This document shows positions 28,391 through 37,591 of a stretch of DNA of 64,000 nt, one piece after another. This DNA comes from Candidatus Nanohalarchaeota archaeon. GTDB taxonomy: Archaea > Nanohalarchaeota > Nanosalinia > Nanosalinales > Nanosalinaceae. Each line of letters opens with the position of its first letter. Within the stretch, counting starts at the first letter, position 1. The DNA is taken from the NCBI GenBank assembly GCA_022729235.1, contig JALDAJ010000001.1, positions 896,001 through 960,000 on the forward strand. Reading direction: 5' to 3'. The position numbers and the translations under genes are program-made. Below the pieces are notes generated by a model, which saw only the letters and a list, made by a program, of their open reading frames with translations, was not told the DNA's origin and searched no databases.

Positions 28391-28948
28391 TCACTTAATG
28401 TTTACGTCATCCATTTCGTCGAAAAGCTTCCAGAAACTGTCAAGCTCTTCGTGGTGCTTCCTACCTATTCTTCGACCGGTCTCTGTCTGCAACTTCTCAA
28501 AGCACTTCTCCTCGATTTCCCGAGTGTGCTCCAGCGACTCCCTGAAGCCTTTTTCTCGTGCACCCACATCACAAGCTATCTCGCGCATGATTCCGAACGG
28601 TCCGACCACCTGCAGCTTGTCCGCATCAAACACGACTTTCGCCTCGACTGTCTCTGCTTCGTCGATGTTCTCTAGTTCGGAACAGCGGACACAGTGAGCC
28701 AGTTCCTCTACCAGGTCTTCGTCAATACCTGTACTCTCTAGGAACTCTCTCACTTCACCGGCGTCATGAATCTGGTGGAGCGATGCTCCAAGCCTAACTA
28801 CTTCCCTGTCCGCTCCTTCTTTCTCCGCCAGGTATTCAGCGAGTTCAATCGTTCTCTCCATGTGCTCGATACCGTGGGTTTCATCGAGCTGTATGTAATG
28901 ATTCCTGGCAAACTCTTCGATTTCTTCAAGTTTTCCTTCCTCGACCAT
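28391..28948 (-). CDS. HD-domain protein
   Basis: THGIEHMER, LHQI at the usual HD position, and EAKVVFDADKL. Confidence 0.8.
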   Translation of the reverse strand: MVEEGKLEEIEEFARNHYIQLDETHGIEHMERTIELAEYLAEKEGADREVVRLGASLHQIHDAGEVREFLESTGIDEDLVEELAHCVRCSELENIDEAETVEAKVVFDADKLQVVGPFGIMREIACDVGAREKGFRESLEHTREIEEKCFEKLQTETGRRIGRKHHEELDSFWKLFDEMDDVNIK

Positions 28949-28949
28949 T

Positions 28950-29375
28950 CTATCCCCTGAAAAACAGTCCGTCCAGCTTTGCCTCCACAAACTTGTCTTC
29001 CCTGGAGTGGAAGAGCGGTCTTATATCCTCGATGCACCTTCGTCCTGTTGATGTGAGCTGGGCTCCAAACTCTTTTCTTGAAGCACGAACTACATCAACT
29101 TCCTCCTCCAGCGCCTGGGCTATCTCCCTGTTCTGTTCCTTTCCGTGTTCGTCGAAGTCGGTCAGTACTGCAACTCTTTTCGCACCACGGGACACGTCTT
29201 CCACGAGATCCTTGAGTTTCCGCTCCGCGGAGAGAAATATTTTGCCGTTGAATCCCAGCTGTTGCAGGACTTTCTTATCGCTGAAACCCTCGACGATTAT
29301 CGAGTCAACGTCCCTGTCGAGCCGTTCAACAACTTTTTCCAGTTCTTTTCTTTCCCTAAATTTTCTCTTTTCCAT
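28950..29375 (-). CDS. Small TOPRIM-domain protein
   Basis: IIVEG..D and LTDFDEHG motifs. Confidence 0.88.
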   Translation of the reverse strand: MEKRKFRERKELEKVVERLDRDVDSIIVEGFSDKKVLQQLGFNGKIFLSAERKLKDLVEDVSRGAKRVAVLTDFDEHGKEQNREIAQALEEEVDVVRASRKEFGAQLTSTGRRCIEDIRPLFHSREDKFVEAKLDGLFFRG

Positions 29376-29409
29376 AACGAAGTTAACGCTTGCAAGACTT
29401 AAATCCTGT

Positions 29410-30015
29410 ATGGAGTCGAACAACGCGCTCGTTGACTACCTGGAAAGAGGAGACCACATCAGGACCGAGAGGGTTAGAGAAGCTTTCAGGTCTGTTGACA
29501 GGGAAAGATTTGTACCAGAGGAGCATAGCAACGATGCGTACAGCGATGTCCCGCTACCTATAGGTGAAGGTGCGACGATTTCCGCGCCCCACATGGTGGC
29601 TATTAACACCGAACTACTCGACGTGGGTGAGGGCGATACTGTCCTGGAAATCGGTTCCGGTTCCGGGTATCAGCTAGCTGTAATCGCGGAACTCACTAAC
29701 GCGGAGGTAGCGGGTGTTGAGAGGATAGAAGAATTGGTGGAGAGATCACGCGATGGACTGGAGCATTGGGAAAACGTGCGTGTAGTCCACGGGAATGGGC
29801 TGGACGCGGTTGAAGGAGAGTTCGACCGTATCCTGTTCTCATGCGGTATCGACACCTTTGATCTAGGGAAAGAGTACCTAGAAGACGACGGTATCATGGT
29901 GGCGCCGGTGAACGTGGACAGGGGGCAGATGCTTCAGAAGTACATCGATAGTGAGAGCAAGATTGAGAGCCATGGTCGTGTCAGGTTTGTGCCGTACCGC
30001 GACAAGCCGGTCTAG
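29410..30015 (+). CDS. pcm: Protein-L-isoaspartate O-methyltransferase
   Basis: AYSDVPLPIG, TISAPHM, LEIGSGSGY and VRFVP motifs. Confidence 0.94.
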   Translation: MESNNALVDYLERGDHIRTERVREAFRSVDRERFVPEEHSNDAYSDVPLPIGEGATISAPHMVAINTELLDVGEGDTVLEIGSGSGYQLAVIAELTNAEVAGVERIEELVERSRDGLEHWENVRVVHGNGLDAVEGEFDRILFSCGIDTFDLGKEYLEDDGIMVAPVNVDRGQMLQKYIDSESKIESHGRVRFVPYRDKPV

Positions 30016-31286
30016 ACAGTCCTGCTCACTTTTCTTCCAACGACCGGGTTGACTGCTGACTGGTAGACGCTCCTGACTGCTTCTTTGAATGATTCAAGGG
30101 ATTCCTCGCCCTGGCTGTACTGTACCTCCAGTTCCGGTGTTATCTCTATGTTTTCACGGAACCTGTTGCCTATCATCTCACCTATCTCCCGGGTGTTGAG
30201 GAACTGGTCTTTCACACTGGAGGCTGCCTCCTCCGGCATCGCGACCTCGATGCTGTGTTCAACATCGTCCACGGATTCGACTCTCGCCCGGATTCCGATG
30301 CCTGCCCTATCCCTTATCTCAACGTAGCTGTCGCCGTATTCTCTCTCGACCGGTATCTTCGGGGTGAACAGTTCCAGGACTTCCTCGGGCGACACGATTC
30401 CTGCGGTCTCTCTTATATCCGACCTGAGCTCTCCGGGGCGGGAAAGGTAGTTTGAGTCACGCTCTGGGAAAGTATTGATAACAGTATAGTAAACCGGTCT
30501 TTCTACCTCCTCTATCCTGCTCTTTATCTCCTCTACCTTATCCTCTATCTCGTCCACTGAGTCCTCTGAGTAGGGTACGTCGAAGAGGAATATCTCGTTG
30601 CGCCTGCTGTGCTTCACCACCGCATCCACAGGGATGTTGTAGTCATATGAGTCTAGTGGAGGCTTCTCAAGTTCCAGTCCGACGAACTCTCTTTCCAGGT
30701 CTTCAAGTTTTTTGATACCGCGACTTACTCTTCTCTCGAAAGGCTTGATGCTGTTGAAAAGAAGTCTTGCCTGGCTGTGAGACAGTTGCTCTCTCTCCAC
30801 CATTTTAGCGACATCCCGGACTACTTTCTCCGTGTCCGTGTAGACCAGTTCGCGCTGGAGGAACTGGTGTAGTTTTGGAAAATCTACTTGCTCATATCCC
30901 TCTGGAGAAGCACCAGGAGTCGTTACAAATATACCTCTTATATCGTGCTCGGCAAGTTCAGAAAGTTCCAGTCCTACATCGACAGGGTTACCTTTTACCA
31001 TCCCGACATATTTTTCCATGCGTTCCAGGTCTTCACTGTCAACCTCGCCCTTGTTCTTCGCATCGATTATCCATATCTCTTTTTTGTTCTCCCTCGTTAC
31101 GCGGGCGAAACAGTCGGGGCGTGAATCGCTCAGGCTTCCAACGCGTTCAAAGAAGTCGAAGTAGCCCTGGTACTGCCTTAGAACGTCGAGAACATCTGTC
31201 TGGAACACGCTCCAGTCCGTCATACGAAAACCTCCGTTCGGCTTCGGTTTTCTCCAATCGGGATCTTGGGGAGAACCCTCATTCAA
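30012..31286 (-). CDS. Hypothetical protein with N-terminal PD-(D/E)XK-like motif
   Basis: RPDCFA...IIDAK...MEKY. Confidence 0.55.
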   Translation of the reverse strand: MNEGSPQDPDWRKPKPNGGFRMTDWSVFQTDVLDVLRQYQGYFDFFERVGSLSDSRPDCFARVTRENKKEIWIIDAKNKGEVDSEDLERMEKYVGMVKGNPVDVGLELSELAEHDIRGIFVTTPGASPEGYEQVDFPKLHQFLQRELVYTDTEKVVRDVAKMVEREQLSHSQARLLFNSIKPFERRVSRGIKKLEDLEREFVGLELEKPPLDSYDYNIPVDAVVKHSRRNEIFLFDVPYSEDSVDEIEDKVEEIKSRIEEVERPVYYTVINTFPERDSNYLSRPGELRSDIRETAGIVSPEEVLELFTPKIPVEREYGDSYVEIRDRAGIGIRARVESVDDVEHSIEVAMPEEAASSVKDQFLNTREIGEMIGNRFRENIEITPELEVQYSQGEESLESFKEAVRSVYQSAVNPVVGRKVSRTV

Positions 31287-32190
31287 CCACCTCGTAGTCG
31301 TCTATTTTTCCATCGCCGTCCATGTCGAGTCCCCGGATTATCCTGTAGAACCCCTTACCCCCTTCGTAACCATCTATTAGCTCTTCCAGGTTTTTGAATG
31401 CTCTTACCGCGCCTTCAGTACCACGGTTCCTGATACCTGCAACCAGGTAAATCGCTTTCCCAGGGTTTTCCGGGTTCGGTATCTTCTGGATTACGCCTAT
31501 AGAATCGCCTGAGTACGTGTTCTCCGGCGTCTGTAGTTCATGGTATGGAAAACTTTCTGTTGAGAAGCTGGCAGGGAAATGGTCGTTAAAGCGACGGGTT
31601 ACCGTGTTCGTCAGTAGTCCTCCGAGGAGAACCAGGTTTTTTCCAAAGGATTCTTCGCGGACTATCTCTGTATCAAAACATGTCTCGAGCCCGTCACATG
31701 TTCCAAAATTACCTAGTTTAGAGCCTATCTCTCCGGCTAGATGTCCATCTCTTGCCCTTACCTGGTGCTCGCCGTGCTGGTCCGGTGAACCCACCACTAT
31801 ATTTCCTTTAATGGCTCCTTTCTCCACGAGCGGGTCCAGGAACTCTTTCTTGTCGTCCGCCGGGGGCAACAGGGTTTTTTCTCCACCTGAACCCAGGTCC
31901 AGGAGATAACCGTGTGATGAGGGTCGGTAGAACGTTGCCATACCACCCGACTTTTTCTCCGTTCTGTCCTCCACTAACAAATCTGCTTCCTGAAGTTTCT
32001 GGAAATGGTAGTACGCTTTCTGCTTGCTGATACCGAGTTTTGAGGCTACCTCTGCAGGATATGCAGGTTCTTCTGACAGCATCTCCATTATCTTTCTCCG
32101 GGTCTCATCTGTCATCGCCTTTATCTTATCACAGTCAAGCTTATCCGCATCAACGACTTCATCCCTGTGGCGTCTGATAAACTCTGGCAT
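31279..32190 (-). CDS. ArsR-type wHTH regulator with conserved archaeal C-terminal domain
   Basis: YPAEVASKLG..KAYYHFQKL; VVGSPDQHG, NLVLLGG..N and VAGI..GT. Confidence 0.8.
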   Translation of the reverse strand: MPEFIRRHRDEVVDADKLDCDKIKAMTDETRRKIMEMLSEEPAYPAEVASKLGISKQKAYYHFQKLQEADLLVEDRTEKKSGGMATFYRPSSHGYLLDLGSGGEKTLLPPADDKKEFLDPLVEKGAIKGNIVVGSPDQHGEHQVRARDGHLAGEIGSKLGNFGTCDGLETCFDTEIVREESFGKNLVLLGGLLTNTVTRRFNDHFPASFSTESFPYHELQTPENTYSGDSIGVIQKIPNPENPGKAIYLVAGIRNRGTEGAVRAFKNLEELIDGYEGGKGFYRIIRGLDMDGDGKIDDYEVVE

Positions 32191-32345
32191 TAAAACAACT
32201 ATTCAACCAGTAACATAAAAGTTTTACCGGTTGGAGACATATTAAAGAGGGTTAGCCGTGAATTATAAGAAATGTACAAAAACCAGTCAAAAAAGCCTGA
32301 AACCGGATTTTTTATAATGTACAGGCGTTATTACAGACTGTAGCC

Positions 32346-34076
32346 ATGTGCGGTATAATAGGTTATTCTGGAGATGAAGAAGCAGCGGAAAAGGTCGTTG
32401 AAGGTCTTAAGAAGCTGGAGTACCGCGGCTACGACTCTGCAGGAATAGCTACAGCCGGTAATCCTTCAGTAAAAGTAGAGAAAGATGTCGGAACAATCGA
32501 TGAGGATCTTTCCCAGAACCTGGATGGAACAACAGGTATCGGACACACCCGCTGGGCGACACACGGCGAAGTAAATGAAATGAACGCCCATCCACACCTT
32601 GACTGCGAGGGAAGAATCGCGGTCGTACACAACGGCATAATAAACAATCACCGTGAGCTGAAGGAAGAACTGGATAACCACGAGTTCAAATCGGATACGG
32701 ATACAGAGGTTATACCGCACCTGATGGAAGAGAAACTTGAAGAGGAGGGAAAATCCCTGGAGGATGCGGCGGAAGATGTAATGGATATGCTTGAGGGCTC
32801 ATACGCAGTTGTCGCCACCCTTGACACCGGAGAGATAGTTGCGTTCCGGCAGAACTCTCCTCTAGTTCTCGGGATTCAAGATAACCATCTCTTCATCGCG
32901 TCGGATGTAACCCCGTTTCTTGAGTACACCGATCAGGGAATATTCCTTGAGAACGGCGATATAGCAGTGATAGATGGCGACTACAACATCTACAACGATG
33001 GAGAGCCGGTGGAGCGCGAGGTCAAAGAAATCAAGTGGGACGCGCAGGAAGCATCCAAGACAGGTCACGACCACTTCATGCAGAAAGAGATACTGGAACA
33101 GCCGAACACAATCAAACGTTCCGTGTTCCAGGACCGGTCAGAGCTTGAAGAGGCAGTGGAAATGATAGAAGATGCCGAAAACGTGTACCTGACCGCCTGC
33201 GGAACCGCGGGTATCGCCGCGTCACTCGGCGCGAAGTATCTACGGGAGGCAGGTCACTGCCCTGAAGCGGAGCTTTCGCACGAGATGGAGTACCGGACAG
33301 ATGAAATCGGGAAAGACGACCTAGTAATCGCAGTCAGTCAGAGCGGAGAAACTGCCGACCTTCTCTCCGTTCTGAGAGATGTAGACGCAGACGTACTTGG
33401 CATCGTGAACGTTGTAGGCTCAACTCTAGCCAGAGAAGCCGACCACACACTATTTGTCAACGCTGGACCAGAGATAGGGGTCGCATCTACCAAGGCATTC
33501 ACTGCGCAGGTATCGGTCTTGAAACTTCTGAAGTACGCGCTTGAAGGAGAAATAGAAGAAGGGAGAACATCGCTTCTTGAGACAGCTGATAAAGTAGAGG
33601 AAGTTATAGAGAAAAACAGGGAGACAGTTGAGGAAGTCAGCGAATACTTCACCGGAAAGGATGACGTATACTTTATAGGACGGAATAAAGGCTACGAGCT
33701 CGCACGTGAAGCTGCTCTCAAACTGAAAGAGCTTTCGTACATCCACGCGGAGGCGTTCCCAGGCGGCGAGTTCAAGCACGGGACTCTCGCGCTTGTAGAA
33801 GACGGTACTCCTGTCATGAGCTTTTTGAAAAGCGAGGGCTACGAGGACATACTAACCAACACAGCGGAAGCCAAGGGTCGGGGCGCGGATATAATCGCGG
33901 TCGGAAACGAAGCGCCTGAGGACGGTGTCGAGTACTTCATAGAGATCCCAGAAGACGATAACCCTGAGATCCTAGAAGTAGTTCCGTTCCAGATGCTAGC
34001 CTACAAAACCGCAGTCAAGCTCGGGAACAACCCCGACAAACCGAGGAATCTGGCGAAAAGCATCACTGTGAAATAG
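32346..34076 (+). CDS. glmS: Glutamine-fructose-6-phosphate transaminase
   Basis: MCGII, HTRWATHG, SQSGET and PRNLAKSITV motifs. Confidence 0.97.
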   Translation: MCGIIGYSGDEEAAEKVVEGLKKLEYRGYDSAGIATAGNPSVKVEKDVGTIDEDLSQNLDGTTGIGHTRWATHGEVNEMNAHPHLDCEGRIAVVHNGIINNHRELKEELDNHEFKSDTDTEVIPHLMEEKLEEEGKSLEDAAEDVMDMLEGSYAVVATLDTGEIVAFRQNSPLVLGIQDNHLFIASDVTPFLEYTDQGIFLENGDIAVIDGDYNIYNDGEPVEREVKEIKWDAQEASKTGHDHFMQKEILEQPNTIKRSVFQDRSELEEAVEMIEDAENVYLTACGTAGIAASLGAKYLREAGHCPEAELSHEMEYRTDEIGKDDLVIAVSQSGETADLLSVLRDVDADVLGIVNVVGSTLAREADHTLFVNAGPEIGVASTKAFTAQVSVLKLLKYALEGEIEEGRTSLLETADKVEEVIEKNRETVEEVSEYFTGKDDVYFIGRNKGYELAREAALKLKELSYIHAEAFPGGEFKHGTLALVEDGTPVMSFLKSEGYEDILTNTAEAKGRGADIIAVGNEAPEDGVEYFIEIPEDDNPEILEVVPFQMLAYKTAVKLGNNPDKPRNLAKSITVK

Positions 34077-34079
34077 GCT

Positions 34080-34385
34080 TTATCCTTTCCCCGATTCTTC
34101 TCCTTCCCATATCTCCTCTTCGATGTCTTCTCCTTCATCGATCCTTTCAAGTATAGTCCTGAAGTAGTTGGGTGAGAACCAGGTCTGCTGCCTGTTCTCA
34201 AGCACAAACCGTTTACCTTGATCCGTGTCGACCACCCTTACCCTTGTCCTGGTCCTGTCCTCTATCTGGTCGACCCTCTGTCTGAGTTCTTCAAGCTCCT
34301 CCTGTGTCTTATCGATAAGCTCTATCAGGTCTCTGAGCGTGTAGTCTTCAGCCGTTTTCCCGCCTTCCTCAGCCATCTCATTCAC
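34080..34385 (-). CDS. Hypothetical protein
   Basis: Acidic ORF with coiled-coil segment. Confidence 0.6.
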   Translation of the reverse strand: MNEMAEEGGKTAEDYTLRDLIELIDKTQEELEELRQRVDQIEDRTRTRVRVVDTDQGKRFVLENRQQTWFSPNYFRTILERIDEGEDIEEEIWEGEESGKG

Positions 34386-34438
34386 CGGTTGAAGTAGCAG
34401 GTTGAGCGCTCTTAAACAAAACTGTAATTCATACCACT

Positions 34439-35065
34439 CTATTCCAGTATTTCACAACTGATATTCCTATCCTCAAGCTCAGTCTTCAGGGGCTGCGCGT
34501 TAAGATCATCGAAGAACGGCTCACCGTAGTGGTACGGCACAACCACATCCGGCTTTATCCTGACAGCTGCCTGGACTGCATCCTCTATATCCATGGTGTA
34601 TACTCCCTCGACAGGCAGGAATGCCATATCAACCCTATTCTCAAGCTCATAGAACTCATCTATCAGTCCTGTGTCTCCAGCGACATAGAACGCGTTTCCA
34701 GCCATTACAACCCGGTAACCAAGTCCTTCCTCTCTAGAGGGTTCATCGTTATACATCGGTATGCCCTCGATTTTTACACCGTAGATGTCAACGATTTCAC
34801 CCTCTTCAATAACTTCTACATCCATACAGGGAACATCCCTATCTGACATCGATTCCGGCAGAACTACACAGGTCCTATCTCCACATACATCTTTCAACTG
34901 CTCAGGGTCAAAATGTCCTTCATCATCGTGCGTTATCAATACTACATCCGCCTGGAAACCAGGAGAAACCTTTGAATACGGATCTACAGCGACCGTAAAA
35001 CCATCATCGACGAACCTCAATGATGCGTGTCCATCCCACCTGATTTCGATACTGTTGTACTCCAT
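34439..35065 (-). CDS. MBL-fold metallo-hydrolase (UPF0173-like)
   Basis: WDGHAS, VDPY, THDDEGH, YVAGDT and VPYHY; start at MEYNSI. Confidence 0.85.
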   Translation of the reverse strand: MEYNSIEIRWDGHASLRFVDDGFTVAVDPYSKVSPGFQADVVLITHDDEGHFDPEQLKDVCGDRTCVVLPESMSDRDVPCMDVEVIEEGEIVDIYGVKIEGIPMYNDEPSREEGLGYRVVMAGNAFYVAGDTGLIDEFYELENRVDMAFLPVEGVYTMDIEDAVQAAVRIKPDVVVPYHYGEPFFDDLNAQPLKTELEDRNISCEILE

Positions 35066-35203
35066 CTCCTGTAAAATCCGGGAGCAAGGAGTTTTAAATC
35101 GATTTCCCGGCAAAGAGATTGCAATTAAAAAGCTGTGTCCCAGCAAGTAAACATACTGAGCATGCAGGGTCGAAGACCTGGAAAGGTCTTCTGTACCAAC
35201 ATA

Positions 35204-35228
35204 TTTACCCCATGCGGGGGTAGCCAAG
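35204..35228 (+). repeat. 25-bp duplicate of the tRNA-Leu leader plus 5' end
   Basis: tttaccccatgcgggggtagccaag is identical at 35204-35228 and 35267-35291. Confidence 0.9.
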
Positions 35229-35276
35229 AATAGCTTGCCAACCCCCTCAAAAACAATAGGCAAGCCTTTACCCCAT

Positions 35277-35435
35277 GCGGGGGTAGCCAAGTGGTCAAAG
35301 GCGCAGCGTTGAGGTCCGGCTTTTCTTCCACAAGGAAGATGACCGGTCGAGAAAATCCTTGACTTTCGAAATGGGATTTTCGATTCAAATGCGCTGTCTC
35401 GTAGGAGTTCCGGGGTTCGAATCCTCGCCCCCGCA
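35277..35435 (+). tRNA. tRNA-Leu(GAG) with 76-nt intron at 37/38 (intron 35315-35390)
   Basis: Acceptor GCGGGGG/CCCCCGC, anticodon stem CAGCG/CGCTG, TTGA/TCAA central helix with 3-nt bulges GGT and ATG, long variable arm, GGTTCGAATCC. Confidence 0.9.
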
Positions 35436-35523
35436 TCCTTACTTTCAGTTCTATGCGGATAATTAGAGGGTTATTCCGGGCGAGAGACAACTTATTTATA
35501 TAGAATAGAGAAAGTGTGGAACA

Positions 35524-36672
35524 ATGGCACTAGAGTTCATGGATGTTCAGCAGAAGGATAACCAGCTTTACATGTTACTGATTACGATGTTTGCCACCGC
35601 GCTCGGAGTAGCGTGGGTAGGTCACCACTATGTTTCACTCCTGATAACCGGTGTTATCGGTCTTCTTATCGCGGTACACCTTCACAGGGAGAAGATGGAC
35701 TCCATGGATACTGTTGTCTGCCCGATAGGAGAGCACTGTTTCGACGTGATTACAAGTAAATACTCCGTGTTCCTTGGCGTCTCTGTCGAGGTCTACGGGA
35801 TACTGTACTACGGACTTATACTTACAGGATACCTTATCGCAACCTTATTCACTGTTCCAGCATGGTTCACATTCTTCCTGATTGGAAACACAGCAATCGC
35901 ACTACTGTTCTCAGCATACCTTACATGGATCCAGGCAGTCCCGCTTGGAAAATGGTGTATCTGGTGTGTTACCTCGGCACTGGCATGTGTAGCGATCTTT
36001 GCTTTCGCAGTACTTGGTCTCAGCATGCCTTTAGCTGAACTCCTGGCACAGTTCCAGGCTATCCCTCACGCGGTCTACGTATTCAGCATAGCGTTAGGAA
36101 TGGGTGCTGCGCTTTCAGGTGATGCACTCTTCCTCAAGTTCCTGAAAGACTTTGAGATGTCAGAGATGGGTTCCAAGGCTATTAACACGCTCTGGGAAGT
36201 TATGTGGGCGTCCATGGCATTCATTGTTCTCGGAGGGTTTGGTTACTTCTACGCCAATCCTTCACTCATCTATGAGCCAGCGAACATGGTATCCTTACTG
36301 GCTATCGGTATCCTGGTAGTCAACGGTAAACTACTCTACCTTTACGTATCCCACAACCTGACAGAGATAAGATTCAAGACTGGTGAGGAAGATGAAGAGA
36401 ACGTTGAACACGTGGAGGGACTCCCTGCGCACGTCAAGAAGACCCGGAGAAGAGCATTCATGCTCACAGGTATCTCTGGAGCATCGTGGTTAACAGTGTT
36501 CTTCCTGACATTTGCACAGATTCCAGGACAGTTTGCCGCAGTAAATATGCTGCTTTCAGCTTACCTGGCGATGATACTCATCGGTCTCTTTTCAGGGTTT
36601 TCAGCAGAGTTCGCCCTGAAGAAAAGCGCTCAGGGACAGCTGAAGTCAAGGATTCCTCTACTCTTCGACTGA
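35524..36672 (+). CDS. Vitamin K epoxide reductase (VKOR) family protein with extra C-terminal TM domain
   Basis: CPIGEHC..V..SKYS and WCIWC redox motif. Confidence 0.88.
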   Translation: MALEFMDVQQKDNQLYMLLITMFATALGVAWVGHHYVSLLITGVIGLLIAVHLHREKMDSMDTVVCPIGEHCFDVITSKYSVFLGVSVEVYGILYYGLILTGYLIATLFTVPAWFTFFLIGNTAIALLFSAYLTWIQAVPLGKWCIWCVTSALACVAIFAFAVLGLSMPLAELLAQFQAIPHAVYVFSIALGMGAALSGDALFLKFLKDFEMSEMGSKAINTLWEVMWASMAFIVLGGFGYFYANPSLIYEPANMVSLLAIGILVVNGKLLYLYVSHNLTEIRFKTGEEDEENVEHVEGLPAHVKKTRRRAFMLTGISGASWLTVFFLTFAQIPGQFAAVNMLLSAYLAMILIGLFSGFSAEFALKKSAQGQLKSRIPLLFD

Positions 36673-36737
36673 TGCATTCATAGAACTTTGAACGAGCTAC
36701 CAGAAGCTTCTAAAAGAAGCTTTAACACACCTATTTT

Positions 36738-37280
36738 ATGAGACGGGAGCTTGTAGCACGGTTCTTGGGAAAGGATATCGGGATAAACTATTCGGATAAA
36801 AGCGTTGTTTACTCTATACTCTCACTAAGGATTGTGATGGCATGGGTTTTCCTGCAGTCTGGAGTACAGAAACTTCTTGACCCTACATGGACTGCAGGAG
36901 GTTTCCTCGGAGGTATTTCCGAGACAAATCCCTTCACAGGTCTATGGACTCTTATGGCAGGAGCTCCCGCCGTTGATCCTCTAGTTGTCTACGGCCAGAT
37001 CTTTATCGGTCTTGGACTCCTATTTGGTGCATTCTTCAGGTTCTCCGCACTTATGGGTGGACTCCAGATGCTGCTTTTCTGGATGGCTTCACTTGAGGCA
37101 GGACTGCTTGCTGGACTGCCTGTAGCACATGGATATGTCATCAGCCAGCACATAGTGTACGCACTCATCCTGTTCGGGCTTGGCGCGTTTAATGCAGGAC
37201 GCATCTACGGTGTTGACAACTACCTGGAGGAGACAGAACTGGTGAGGAAAGTACCACAACTCAGGTACCTGCTGGGGTAA
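36738..37280 (+). CDS. DoxX/DoxD-family membrane protein
   Basis: LRIVMAWVFLQSG..K and GRIYGVD motifs. Confidence 0.85.
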   Translation: MRRELVARFLGKDIGINYSDKSVVYSILSLRIVMAWVFLQSGVQKLLDPTWTAGGFLGGISETNPFTGLWTLMAGAPAVDPLVVYGQIFIGLGLLFGAFFRFSALMGGLQMLLFWMASLEAGLLAGLPVAHGYVISQHIVYALILFGLGAFNAGRIYGVDNYLEETELVRKVPQLRYLLG

Positions 37281-37345
37281 AAAACCTTTGAAAGAGGAAC
37301 AAGTTTTTGACTTGCAGGAACGAAGTATAGCACAGGTGACCCAAA

Positions 37346-37543
37346 TTGTTTGACAGACTACAGAACGCTCTTGAAGAAAAAGGTGAAATCATGATCCGTT
37401 TCGACTCCGGTGAAACAGCTGAACTGCACCTACACAACACCGAGTTCCTGGACGACCCGATAATCAAGGTCGACGGCGGTGACGCGGTTCACTGGTTCAA
37501 CGCGGAGAAAGTAGAGAGCTACTGGATCCACGACGACTTCTGA
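37346..37543 (+). CDS. Small hypothetical protein
   Basis: TTG start, SD AGGTGA upstream, T-rich tract after the stop. Confidence 0.7.
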   Translation: MFDRLQNALEEKGEIMIRFDSGETAELHLHNTEFLDDPIIKVDGGDAVHWFNAEKVESYWIHDDF

Positions 37544-37591
37544 ACTTCGTACTTCTTTCTTCTTATTCCTTATTTTTCTCTCAAGAAAAAG

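Noticed and set aside
28993-29409. 139-aa N-terminal extension of pcm suggesting a fusion
   Set aside because: It is the antisense shadow of the TOPRIM gene; pcm starts at ATG 29410
35204-35250. Split or permuted tRNA half
   Set aside because: The copy covers only tRNA nt 1-15, has no D-arm completion or BHB partner, and the adjacent full gene is intact
35204-35291. Two 25-bp repeats with a 38-bp spacer resembling a mini-CRISPR array
   Set aside because: Only two units, the repeat is the tRNA-Leu 5' end, and no cas genes are in the window
35066-35490. Repeated peptide ATPAWGK extension of the MBL ORF and the 121-aa ORF over this region
   Set aside because: These are translations of the tRNA-Leu gene and its duplicated 5' end on the opposite strand
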